64,000 bases of DNA. Source: an uncultured Spirochaetota bacterium (GTDB lineage Bacteria > Spirochaetota > Brevinematia > Brevinematales > JAOACQ01). A program made the position numbers and the translations under genes. Of the stretch, positions 50,678 through 60,452 are shown piece after piece; within the stretch, counting starts at the first letter, position 1, and each line of letters opens with the position of its first letter. The notes under the pieces were generated by a model. The model was not told where the DNA came from. It saw only the letters and a list, made by a program, of their open reading frames with translations, and did no database searches. The stretch covers positions 192,001-256,000 of the forward strand of contig CAWAOD010000003.1 in the NCBI GenBank assembly GCA_963783575.1, given 5' to 3'.

Positions 50678-50740
50678 GCCATACTGAGCACTTCGACAGG
50701 CTCAGTGTAAACTCCGTCGAATTCGGAGTCGAAGTATGAC
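50678..50740 (+). repeat. REP-like palindromic intergenic element, copy 2
   Basis: GCCATACTGAGCACTTCGACAGGCTCAGTGTAAACTCCGTCGAA...GTCGAAGTATGAC; matches 6116..6166 in inverted orientation. Confidence 0.75.
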
Positions 50741-50808
50741 CATATAAAATCAATAAAGTAGAACCAGATAAAACCTGGTAAGCAATCTAAAAAATTAAGG
50801 AGAAAAAA

Positions 50809-51366
50809 ATGAAGCGGATGAAAAAAGTAAATAATATTCTTGTGATAATAGTTGTGAGTTTTACGGTAATTTTTCCTGCCATTGTTTTTTCAGCTACGGC
50901 AAGACAGATCAATATAGGCATTAACAAAGCTTTAATCCGTTTTGTTAGGCAGGTTAAGGGCGCAAAGGCATATCTCGATTCCGCAAAAGGCGTTCTGGTA
51001 ATTCCGGAGGTCAAGCAAGCCGGGTTTATTGTAGGGGGAGAATACGGTGAAGGCGGATTAAGAGTCGGCGGACAAACCGTTTCTTACTACAATATTGTTT
51101 CCGGTTCGATCGGCCCTCAGATCGGCGCTCAACAAAAAGATATCATCCTGGTTTTTATGAAAGAAGGAGCTTTAAATAAATTCCGCGCAAGCAAGAACTG
51201 GCAGGCAGGCGTTGACGGAACTGTAACAATCATTGAAAGCGGAGCAGAAGGTTCAATCGATACCACCAAAATCAATCAGCCGATCGTCGGCTTTGTTTCA
51301 GGTCAAAAAGGACTTATGGCCGGAGCAATGATCGAAGGATCAAAATTTTCAAGAATGAAGAAATAA
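50809..51366 (+). CDS. Ysc84/SYLF lipid-binding domain protein
   Basis: AKGVLVIP, AGFIVGGEYGEG, GSIGPQIGAQ and KGLMAG motifs; start could be 50818. Confidence 0.88.
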   Translation: MKRMKKVNNILVIIVVSFTVIFPAIVFSATARQINIGINKALIRFVRQVKGAKAYLDSAKGVLVIPEVKQAGFIVGGEYGEGGLRVGGQTVSYYNIVSGSIGPQIGAQQKDIILVFMKEGALNKFRASKNWQAGVDGTVTIIESGAEGSIDTTKINQPIVGFVSGQKGLMAGAMIEGSKFSRMKK

Positions 51367-51409
51367 ATTCGATTTTCTCAAGAATACCGGCTAAAAGTCT
51401 TGTTCCCAT

Positions 51410-52243
51410 TTACTTGCCGCGACAAACACGAAAACCCGTATCGTTGCCCTTGTTATATGGTTCATAGCCGTACCGGAAAGATGACTCGCAGCTGAAGTCG
51501 GATCCAAGCCAGCCGCCGCCCCTCCAGACCCGTTCAGCGCCGCTTATAGTCTCCAAAGATTCTCCGAACCAATCCCAGCACCATTCTCTTACGTTGCCCG
51601 ACATGTCATAAAGTCCCAATTCATTGGGTTTCTTGGAGCCGACCGCTTTTATTCTGTCATGATTACTTTCTATTACTTTTTCGTTCCAAAATCCTGTTAA
51701 AACTTTGTCTCCGGAATTCTGCCAATACCATGCTACTTCATCTATATTATCGCTACCGCTGTAAGTGTAACTCTTGCTCTTCTGCCCTCCGCCGGCGGCA
51801 TATTCCCACTCCGCTTCCATCGGCAGCCGGTAACCGCCGGCTCCCGCATTGACCGTTACTGTCCATTTTATATAATCGCTGTAATTCGTATTATTCGGGT
51901 CTTTTTTGTCCTTGTCTATGTTGTAATAGGGATTTAAGCCCTCTTTTATGCTCCTTTTATTGCAGTACTCAACACAGTCATACCAGCTCACCGTTTCTAC
52001 CGGCAGATTGCCGCCCCTGAATGTTGAGGGATTGCTTCCCATTACCTCAATCCATTCTTTTTGAGTTACCTCATACCGGCCGATATAAAAGTCCGGTATG
52101 GTTATGCTTTTTCCGTAGAGGTTGGACTTAGTGTTTATAAAAGTCCCTCCTTTGACGAATACCAGGTTACCAGGTTCTTTTTGCACACAAGCGCTGATAA
52201 AAAAAATTATTGCCGTTATAAGAAAAAAAAATTGTTTTCGCAT
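51410..52243 (-). CDS. FGE-sulfatase (SUMF1) domain lipoprotein
   Basis: ISAC lipobox; YEVTQ, RLPMEAEWEYAA, GLYDMSGNVREWC and GFRV motifs. Confidence 0.9.
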   Translation of the reverse strand: MRKQFFFLITAIIFFISACVQKEPGNLVFVKGGTFINTKSNLYGKSITIPDFYIGRYEVTQKEWIEVMGSNPSTFRGGNLPVETVSWYDCVEYCNKRSIKEGLNPYYNIDKDKKDPNNTNYSDYIKWTVTVNAGAGGYRLPMEAEWEYAAGGGQKSKSYTYSGSDNIDEVAWYWQNSGDKVLTGFWNEKVIESNHDRIKAVGSKKPNELGLYDMSGNVREWCWDWFGESLETISGAERVWRGGGWLGSDFSCESSFRYGYEPYNKGNDTGFRVCRGK

Positions 52244-52281
52244 GGAAATGTCTCCTCTCAATGATAGTAAAAAGTCAGGGT

Positions 52282-52314
52282 AAAAAAAAGTGCCGCTTGA
52301 TTTCCAAGCGGCAC
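52282..52314 (-). terminator. Intrinsic terminator after GH11 gene
   Basis: GTGCCGCTTG-atttc-CAAGCGGCAC stem followed by 8 T on the minus strand. Confidence 0.8.
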
Positions 52315-52367
52315 ATAATTAATACGTAAATACAAACATTAGCAGACCGGATAACTGTTATGACTTT

Positions 52368-53168
52368 TTAATAAATTCCGCCGACAGCCGCCCCTGTAAC
52401 GGTTTGACCGGGAATGTTCGTGCCGTTAGTTTGTTTTGACCAGAATTCAGCAAAAACTATCTGGTAATCATGGGTCCCTAGATTCAGTCCTGCGTTTGCC
52501 CAATAATTAACATGATTTTTAAAAGTTATAGTCCTGCCGGCACTTTCATAAAAACCTTCCGTAATATCCATATACTGCCAGAAACTCGCTGTTCCAATAA
52601 TGGAAGGTTTGTTAACCCTGTAATTCTTCCATGCACCATAAGCGGCATTATCAGAACCCATAAATCCCACATAAGTATGTTTTTGACCGTCAATATCGGG
52701 ACTATTAACCGGGTTTTCTTTAGCGCCCTCATGTTCGATGACATAATATTCCACGAGCGGGTTTTTCGTCCAGCCATATAGGCCGAAAGCTCCGCCATAG
52801 CTGTTACTCCAAACTTTGTTCGTGATGGTTACAACCCTGCTCGACGACCCGGTTTGCCAGCCTTTGCCGATAACAGTCCCGCCGCAAAAATTGGTAACGC
52901 CGATACTAAAGCCTTTACCGCCATCCATAGCCGCTTTGATTGTGCCGGTGGCGCCATCACTTTTCCAATAAGTCCAGAAATAGCCGCCATCACTGCCAGT
53001 GCCGGGGTTTACGGCGCCTTTTGTCATAAACACATCATCACCCTGGGATGACGATTGAGCCAATGCGGATTGCTGTTGTGTGGCAGTTAGAGAACATCCG
53101 GCTAAGAACATAACAGTAACCGCTGTTACTAGAACCACAGAGACTAACACCATACGTTTAAAACTCAT
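52368..53168 (-). CDS. Glycoside hydrolase family 11 (xylanase-like) lipoprotein
   Basis: LAGC lipobox; GKGWQTG, YGWTKNPLVEYY, PSIIGTASFWQY and YQIVFAE motifs. Confidence 0.88.
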   Translation of the reverse strand: MSFKRMVLVSVVLVTAVTVMFLAGCSLTATQQQSALAQSSSQGDDVFMTKGAVNPGTGSDGGYFWTYWKSDGATGTIKAAMDGGKGFSIGVTNFCGGTVIGKGWQTGSSSRVVTITNKVWSNSYGGAFGLYGWTKNPLVEYYVIEHEGAKENPVNSPDIDGQKHTYVGFMGSDNAAYGAWKNYRVNKPSIIGTASFWQYMDITEGFYESAGRTITFKNHVNYWANAGLNLGTHDYQIVFAEFWSKQTNGTNIPGQTVTGAAVGGIY

Positions 53169-53297
53169 AAGAACCTCCTACCCTAAATTTTTACCATCTT
53201 AATTTATGATGATAAAAAAGTCAAAATAACGAATTGCTTTATAATAAATCTACTCGAAAATTGTACGAAAATAATCCCAGCAAAGCTTGGAGGATTT

Positions 53298-54340
53298 ATG
53301 GGGTTAACGATGAAAGAAAGAAAATCAATTTATCGAGAATACGCTGAAAAATATCGTAAAGCAAAAAGAAAAAAAAGTAAAATGGAGATTTTAAATAATT
53401 TTATTGAGACAACTGGATTGAACCGTAATTATACCGCAACGTTGCTTAGAAACCAGGTAAAAAGGTTAAAATTGGCGGTAAATCATGGAAGAAAAAAGAA
53501 ATATGATGAAACAGTATTAAAACCTCTGTTGCGAATTTGGAAGATTATGGACTTTATATGTGGCAAACGGTTAAAAGTAGTACTAACGGCAGTTATTATA
53601 AATTTGAAGGCTCATGGATGGTTGAAATTAAACAATGAAGTTGAACAGAAATTGAACGAAATAAGTGCTTCCAGTATTGATAGATTGTTAAAACCTGAAC
53701 GCAAACGACTACAACTTAAAGGCCATAGTGGAACAAAGCCTGGGACACTACTCAAGAACCAGATAGCAGTTCGTACCTGGGCGGAGTGGGATGAAAACTG
53801 CCCTGGATATTTTGAGATAGATTTAGTCGGACATGACGGTGGGATATCCGTGGAGATTTTGCCCAGACATTGGACATGGTAGATGTATATAGTTGGATGG
53901 AAACCGTAGCCATAAGGAATAAAGCCTCGAAATGGGTTAATGAAGCAGTAGACAAAATTAAAAAGCAGCTTCCTTTTCTATTGTTGGGGTTGGATTCAGA
54001 TACCGGGGCGGAATTTATTAATAATATTATGAAAAAATATTGTGAAGAAAAAGATATAAAATTCACACGTGGTAGAAGCACACGATCCAATGATAATTGT
54101 TATATTGAGCAGAAAAATTATTCTGTTGTGAGGAAGACCGTAGGATATGTCAGATATGACACTGAGGAGGAAGTAGATATTCTCAACGAATTATATGGTT
54201 ATCTTCGGCTTTATACAAACCACCTTCAGCCAGTTATGAAATTAAAGGAAAAAGAAAGAATTGGAAGTAAAGTAAAAAAGCGTCATAAAAAACCTGTATT
54301 GCCTTATAAACGAATTATTAAATCAAAAAGTGTAAAATCA
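53298..54340 (+). mobile_element. Degenerate DDE integrase-type transposase (IS remnant)
   Basis: MGLTMKERK, ICGKRL, SASSIDRLL, EIDLVGHDGG, DSDTGAEFIN and NDNCYIEQKN motifs; frameshifted near 53845 and apparently truncated at the 3' end. Confidence 0.8.
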
Positions 54341-54437
54341 ATGACCCTTCCCCGAGTATTACACTACGCCCTTCAATTCTTCAGGGCAGGCTCTACCGAA
54401 TGCGTCAACAGCACTATGATGGGAATATCAATAAATA

Positions 54438-56777
54438 TTATTCTATTAAAATCTTTTCAAGAACCTCTTCAACCCTTTCAACATAAAAGATATTCAAATC
54501 CTTAAGAATCTGCTCCGGCATTTCTTTGACATCTTTTTCATTCTTCCTTGGAATTATTATGCTGAATATTCCCCCTCTTTTTGAAGCAAGGAGTTTCTCC
54601 CTCAATCCCCCTATCGGAAGGACATCCCCTTTAAGTGTAATTTCACCTGTCATAGCATAATCGTTCCTTGCTTTCTTACCTGAAAATGCAGAAATTACGG
54701 AACTGATCATTGTCACGCCGGCCGATGGGCCGTCCTTTGGAATTGCGCCTTCGGGCACATGAATATGAAGATCGTTTTCCCTGAATTTATTGGGATCGAT
54801 CGCATAGTTCTCCGCTACCGATTTGGCATAAGAAAAAGCTATCTTGGCCGACTCCTGCATGATCTCGCCTATCTGGCCTGTTATTATCAAATCCCCTTTG
54901 CCTTTAAAGATGGAGCTTTCGACATAAAGCACATCGCCGCCGTTCTCCGTCCATGCAAGCCCGGCAATTACTCCGGATCTTGGTTCCTTCTGGACTTTTG
55001 TATAATCAAACCTCTTTATCCCGAGGTATTTTTCAAGCCTGGTGGGTATGATATTTATAGAACTTATATTTTTTGTAAGTTTTTCCCTGGCGATTTTACG
55101 GATTACTTTACCTATATTTCTTTCGAGGCTCCTGACACCTGCTTCTTTTGTATAATATCTGACAATATCCAGTATGGCGGCGTCATTGAATCTTATTTTA
55201 ACGTTCGACAAACCGTTTTCCACTGCCTGTTTCGGTATTAGAAACTTTTTTGCTATTTCCTTCTTTTCGAGTTCAGTATAACCGGGAATCTCAATAACTT
55301 CCATTCTGTCCCTCAGGGGAATCGGAATATTGTAAAGATTATTGGCCGTTGTAATAAAAAATGTATATGATAAGTCAAAGTCCAGTGAAAGATAATGGTC
55401 ATTGAAAGAATTATTCTGCTCCGGATCCAGAACTTCAAGAAGAGCAGAACTGGGATCGCCCCTAAAATCCGTGCTCATTTTATCGATTTCATCCATCAAA
55501 AATATAGGGTTCATCGAACCGGCCTTTTTCATCATTTGTATTATTTTCCCCGGTAATGCTCCGACATAAGTCCTTCTGTGCCCTCTGATTTCCGCTTCAT
55601 CCCTCACGCCGCCTAAGGATACCCTTACAAAATTTCGGTTTAGCGCATGAGCCACCGATTTGGACAGAGAAGTTTTACCGGTACCTGGCGGCCCTACGAG
55701 ACAAATGATCGGCCCCTTTGATTTTGGGTTCAACTGCCTTATGGCAATAAAATCAAGGATCCTTTCCTTGGCTTCTTTTAAACCGTAGTGTTCCTTTTCA
55801 AGAATTTCCTCGGCTATCTTTAAATCCTTATTGTCATTGGTATAAATACCCCAGGGAAGATCGACCAGCCATTCTATGTAGTTGTACAAAACCGTATATT
55901 CCGGCGACATATTCGGTATCTTTGCCAATCTTTCCAGTTCGCTGTTGAATTTTTCCTTTACGGCTTCCGGCATTTCTTTTCCCTTGGCCCTTTCTTTTAG
56001 CTCGGAAATCCCCTCATCGGCAGCCTCACCCTCATCGAGTTCTTTACGGATTTCCTTCAATTGCTCATTAAGGAAATACTTTTTCTGCATCTTTTCCATT
56101 CTATCCTGAACACGCTTGTTAATATCATCCTCTATCTTTAAAACATCGATTTCCTTATGAACCAGCGCCAGGGCTTTAGTCAATCTTTCGTTTATATCAT
56201 TTTCCTCGAGAATAATTTGTTTATCCATAACCTGTGATGGAATATTAGCCATTACTGCGTCTATCAACTTCTCAGAATCATCAATTGCAACAACAGATGC
56301 CGCAGTTTCTTTTGGAATCTTCGGGTTGAGCGAAATGTATTCAACAAACTTGTCTTTCAGACTCCTGACCAAGGCTTCGAGTTCGGTATTGTTGCTGGTG
56401 ATCGATTTAAGATCATCCAGATCGACAAGAAAGAAATCGTCCTCGGTAATATATTTAGTAACTCTCGCCCTTTTCAGCCCTTCTACAAGGATCCTTACCA
56501 TACCGTTGGGCATATTTATAACTTCAAGAATAGTAGAAACACATCCGACATCGTAAATATCCTTATCGGATGGATTTTCGACATCTTTGCTCTTCTGCGC
56601 AGATAAAAACAGCGGCAGGTTATTTTCAAATGCATGCATCACCGCCCTGACCGATGAATTCCTGCCGATTATAAGCGGTACAACCATATATGGAAAAACT
56701 ACTATACCTCGCAGCGGTATTAATGGAAGTTTATCTTTCTTTTTAGATTCTGCCTTTTCGTTAACTAATTCTGTCAT
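54438..56777 (-). CDS. lon: Lon protease
   Basis: [28 protein letters not shown] and TGEI motifs. Confidence 0.97.
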   Translation of the reverse strand: MTELVNEKAESKKKDKLPLIPLRGIVVFPYMVVPLIIGRNSSVRAVMHAFENNLPLFLSAQKSKDVENPSDKDIYDVGCVSTILEVINMPNGMVRILVEGLKRARVTKYITEDDFFLVDLDDLKSITSNNTELEALVRSLKDKFVEYISLNPKIPKETAASVVAIDDSEKLIDAVMANIPSQVMDKQIILEENDINERLTKALALVHKEIDVLKIEDDINKRVQDRMEKMQKKYFLNEQLKEIRKELDEGEAADEGISELKERAKGKEMPEAVKEKFNSELERLAKIPNMSPEYTVLYNYIEWLVDLPWGIYTNDNKDLKIAEEILEKEHYGLKEAKERILDFIAIRQLNPKSKGPIICLVGPPGTGKTSLSKSVAHALNRNFVRVSLGGVRDEAEIRGHRRTYVGALPGKIIQMMKKAGSMNPIFLMDEIDKMSTDFRGDPSSALLEVLDPEQNNSFNDHYLSLDFDLSYTFFITTANNLYNIPIPLRDRMEVIEIPGYTELEKKEIAKKFLIPKQAVENGLSNVKIRFNDAAILDIVRYYTKEAGVRSLERNIGKVIRKIAREKLTKNISSINIIPTRLEKYLGIKRFDYTKVQKEPRSGVIAGLAWTENGGDVLYVESSIFKGKGDLIITGQIGEIMQESAKIAFSYAKSVAENYAIDPNKFRENDLHIHVPEGAIPKDGPSAGVTMISSVISAFSGKKARNDYAMTGEITLKGDVLPIGGLREKLLASKRGGIFSIIIPRKNEKDVKEMPEQILKDLNIFYVERVEEVLEKILIE

Positions 56778-56787
56778 GGATTCCCCT

Positions 56788-58085
56788 TTACGCTATTTTC
56801 GGCGCCACGCCTTCCGTTATAACATCCCTGTCAACAGTGCAGCGTGAGATCTTAGTCATAGAAGGCACTTCAAACATTATATCAGTCATTATCTCTTCTA
56901 TAACCGCTCTTAATCCTCTCGCTCCGATTTTTCTATCTATTGTCTTTTTTACAATCTCATTTATCGCATCTTCGGTAAAAATAAGCTCGATATTTTCAAG
57001 TCCGAGCAGTTTCTGATACTGCTTTATTATTGCGTTCTTCGGATCTGTCAAAACGCGCTTCAATTCTTCATCCGTCAATTCATGGAGCACGGTAGTTACA
57101 GGCAATCTCCCGACGAGTTCCGGAATTAAGCCGTATTTTATAAAGTCATGAGGAATTACTTCCCCAAGTATCAGGTCGATCGATTTTTGCTTTTCAATAC
57201 CCTTACTCATGAATCCAACTTCTTTTTTACCGACCCGGTTTTTGATAATATCTTCCAATCCCACAAACGCCCCTCCGACAATAAATAAGATGTTAGAGGT
57301 GTTTATAATGAGATTTTTCTGCTGAGGGTGCTTTCTTCCTCCGTTTGCGGGGACTGTTGCATCTGTTCCCTCGATGATCTTCAGTAAAGCCTGCTGAACA
57401 CCCTCTCCGGAAACATCACGCGTTATTGACATATTTTCGCTTTTCCTTGAAATCTTATCAATCTCATCGATATAAACTATACCTACTTCAGCCCTGGATA
57501 TAACTTTATCAACATCTGGAGATTCGGGATCAAAATCTCCGCCGGCGGCATTTTGAATAAGCCTGAGAAGCACATTTTCAACATCATCGCCTACATACCC
57601 GGCTTCAGTCAGTGTCGTTGCATCGGCAATCGCGAAGGGAACATCAAGCATCCGGGCAAGAGTTCTCGCAAGAAGGGTCTTTCCGCTGCCCGTCGGGCCG
57701 ACAAGCAGGATGTTACTTTTCTCAATTTCAACATCATCTTTATCGTTAAGATAATTGTTTGAAAAAATCCGTTTATAATGATTATAAACCGCGACCGCCA
57801 GAACTTTTTTAGCGTAATCCTGGCCGATAACATAATTATCAAGAAAGGATTTTATTTCTTTGGGCTTGGACATTTTATTAAGAGAAAACATCATAGTGTT
57901 TTTATGCTCGGTCTGAAGTATCCTGGTAGGAATTATAAAGGCAATTGTCGCATATATAAACCTCACCGTCACCCTTAAACATTTTATAAACTTCAGTTGA
58001 TAAAGCGCCGCAGAAATTGCACTTTATAACCGGTTTATATTTTGGCGCTGTACCTGAATAAATATTATTCCTTTTTTGTGGCCAT
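56788..58085 (-). CDS. clpX: ClpX ATPase, N-terminus disrupted by apparent frameshifts
   Basis: [15 protein letters not shown] and [10 protein letters not shown] motifs; Zn finger KCNFCG...VYICDNC lies in another frame at about 58022..57940; probable ATG at 58085. Confidence 0.92.
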
Positions 58086-58088
58086 AAA

Positions 58089-58670
58089 TTATAACCTTCT
58101 TTCGATAATCTCGTCTACTATTCCATAATTCTTTGCTTCGGTTGCAGACATAAAGAAATCACGGTCGGTATCGACATCGATTTTTTCAATAGGCTGTTTT
58201 GTGTGTTTGGCAAGAATATTATCCAGCAGTGATTTTGTTTTAAGCATTTCTTCCGCCTGAATTTTAATATCGCTCGCCTGCCCCTGCGTTCCGCCGGAAG
58301 GCTGGTGTATCATAATCCTTGAATAGGGAAGTGTAAATCTTTTCCCGGGTTTCCCGGCAGCGAGAAGAACCGCTCCCATAGACGCGGCCTGGCCGATGCA
58401 GATCGTGGAAACACTGGATTTAATATACTGCATCGTATCATAAATCGCAAGACCAGCCGATACAATTCCTCCCGGAGAATTAATATAGAGGCTAATATCT
58501 CTTTCCGGATCCTCCGCTTCTAAAAATAAAAGCTGAGCTATTACAAGATTAGCCACATCGTCATCAATAACAGCTCCAAGAAAGACAATTCTATCTTTCA
58601 ATAAACGTGAATATATATCATAAGCCCTTTCACCCCTGTTGCTCTGTTCGATAACCATTGGTATCAACAT
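58089..58670 (-). CDS. clpP: ClpP protease
   Basis: [22 protein letters not shown] and MIHQP motifs. Confidence 0.97.
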   Translation of the reverse strand: MLIPMVIEQSNRGERAYDIYSRLLKDRIVFLGAVIDDDVANLVIAQLLFLEAEDPERDISLYINSPGGIVSAGLAIYDTMQYIKSSVSTICIGQAASMGAVLLAAGKPGKRFTLPYSRIMIHQPSGGTQGQASDIKIQAEEMLKTKSLLDNILAKHTKQPIEKIDVDTDRDFFMSATEAKNYGIVDEIIERRL

Positions 58671-58835
58671 GTTTTACTCCTATAAAAATAAATATAATTC
58701 TTCTAAAATATTAATAATTTAATGCAAGGAAATCATATATAAAAAACATTCATATGTTTCGGTATAATATGCTGTATAAATTAATCGATTATAAATATAA
58801 ATATAATCATTATTAAATAAAAAGTGAAGTTAATG

Positions 58836-59598
58836 TTATATTATCGAATTCTCAAGATCATCCAGCCCTTCAATGCGGATAATTATTCTATCGCCTTTCT
58901 GCATCGGGCCGATGCCCTGAGGCGTTCCTGTGGCAATAATATCACCGGGGTATAATGTCATGATTTTACTGATAAAACTAACCAGAAAATTAATGGGAAA
59001 TATCATATCCGAGGTATTGGAATTCTGTTTGACTTCGCCGTTTAAAATCGATTGAATTTTAAGTTTCTGCGGATTATCGATTTCAGTTTCAATATAAGGG
59101 CCAAAAGGCGCAAATGTATCGAATCCTTTCGCTCTTGTCCACTGTCCGTCTTTTGCCTGCAAGTCCCTGGCTGTAACATCATTAAAGCAGGTGTAACCTA
59201 AAATGTAATCTGAAGCATCCTTAATCTCAATATTCTTAGCTGTGGTCTTTATTACAACACCAAGTTCGGCCTCAAAATCAAGCCTATTCACGGATTCCGG
59301 ATAAATAACGGGTTGTTTGTGGGCTAGAATACTGCTTGAAGGTTTAATAAATAAAAGCGGTTCTTCCGGAAGTTTATCCTTCATTTCATCTGCATGCATT
59401 TTTATAATTTAAACCGACTGCAACTATTTTTGCCGGTATGACGGGAGTTGAAACAATAAGTTCATCAATCGGATATTCTACTGATCTCACTCTTTCAATG
59501 TAATTATTGATACGGATAACATGATTCTCTTTGACAATTCCATGAAAACCATTAATGCTTCCATTTTCAAAAAAAAATCCCAGTTTCATTTTCAACAT
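58836..59598 (-). CDS. Fumarylacetoacetate hydrolase family protein, frameshift in A-run near 59400
   Basis: KIVAVGLNY in ORF 59386..59598 joins HADE..FIKP, DFEAEL, NDVTARD and TGTP of ORF 58836..59399. Confidence 0.88.
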
Positions 59599-59673
59599 TT
59601 CCTAAACATATTCGGATTTCCCTATTAACTATTGGAACTGAATAATTATACAGCATAATAAGACTGATTACCG

Positions 59674-60012
59674 TTATGAAATTGCTTCTCTAAATTCCCT
59701 GCCGCTTTGTAAAATAAGATTTGAGACATACTTATCAATTTTTTCAGTATTTTCTTTTGATATTTCTTCATATCTTAACCCGATAACATTACCGGTTACA
59801 TTTCTGACAATCCCCCAAAAATCAATCTCTTCATTATGTGCATCCGGAATTCTGAAAATTACCCTGACAAGGTCCCCGACAACAAAAATTTGTTTAACCT
59901 CCAATCCCAGGCCGCCGGTAGAAATATCCACAATGTGCCCATCACCCTGAAAACCCTTTAACATATAAGAAGCTTTAATATTTACAGAGATCCTGGTCGG
60001 TCTAACCGGCAT
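59674..60012 (-). CDS. PilZ domain protein
   Basis: RPTR and DISTGG motifs. Confidence 0.82.
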   Translation of the reverse strand: MPVRPTRISVNIKASYMLKGFQGDGHIVDISTGGLGLEVKQIFVVGDLVRVIFRIPDAHNEEIDFWGIVRNVTGNVIGLRYEEISKENTEKIDKYVSNLILQSGREFREAIS

Positions 60013-60074
60013 TTTTACACCTCCCTAATTATATTTTTATAACACTGATTATTAGCCCGGTCATATTATTAATA

Positions 60075-60326
60075 CTAACCGAATAGCCCCACATCAAGCT
60101 TATTATCCTCTCCCGATGCGAGTTTCGATATATTTTTTACCTCATAAACTTTTCTTTCAATATCAGCCAACCGCAATTCCAGTTTACCGGATAATTTCAT
60201 ACCTTCTTCATACAAAACAAGAGCTTCTTCAATTGAAAGCCCCGATTCCAGCTTCTCCACTATCTCCTCAAGGCGTTTCAGATCTGCTTCAAATGTTGGC
60301 CCTGTTTTCTCAACCTTCTTAGGCAT
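60075..60326 (-). CDS. xseB: Exodeoxyribonuclease VII small subunit
   Basis: TFE..LKRLEEIVEKLE..LSIEEAL.LYEEG. Confidence 0.88.
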   Translation of the reverse strand: MPKKVEKTGPTFEADLKRLEEIVEKLESGLSIEEALVLYEEGMKLSGKLELRLADIERKVYEVKNISKLASGEDNKLDVGLFG

Positions 60327-60452
60327 CTAATTTTTCCTGCGGTAATTTTTATACTTTCCAAAGATTATAAATTATCATTAATAAAAAATAAAGAAATCGT
60401 ATTGAAACATAAGCTATAAATAAAACCTAAACTGCACATATTAGGTAAACTG

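Noticed and set aside
51410..52243. FGE-sulfatase (C-type lectin fold) gene as a diversity-generating retroelement target
   Set aside because: No reverse transcriptase and no template-repeat copy of its 3' end seen in the window
53870..54505. 211-aa ORF as an intact protein overlapping lon
   Set aside because: It is the 3' part of the broken transposase reading through into unrelated sequence after about 54340
54759..55241. Antisense ORFs of 60-160 aa inside lon, uvrB, the Cys/Met enzyme and others
   Set aside because: They lie opposite well-supported genes and lack motifs or ribosome-binding sites
57940..58085. ClpX apparently lacking its zinc-binding domain
   Set aside because: The CNFC...CDNC finger is present in another frame; probable indel artefact
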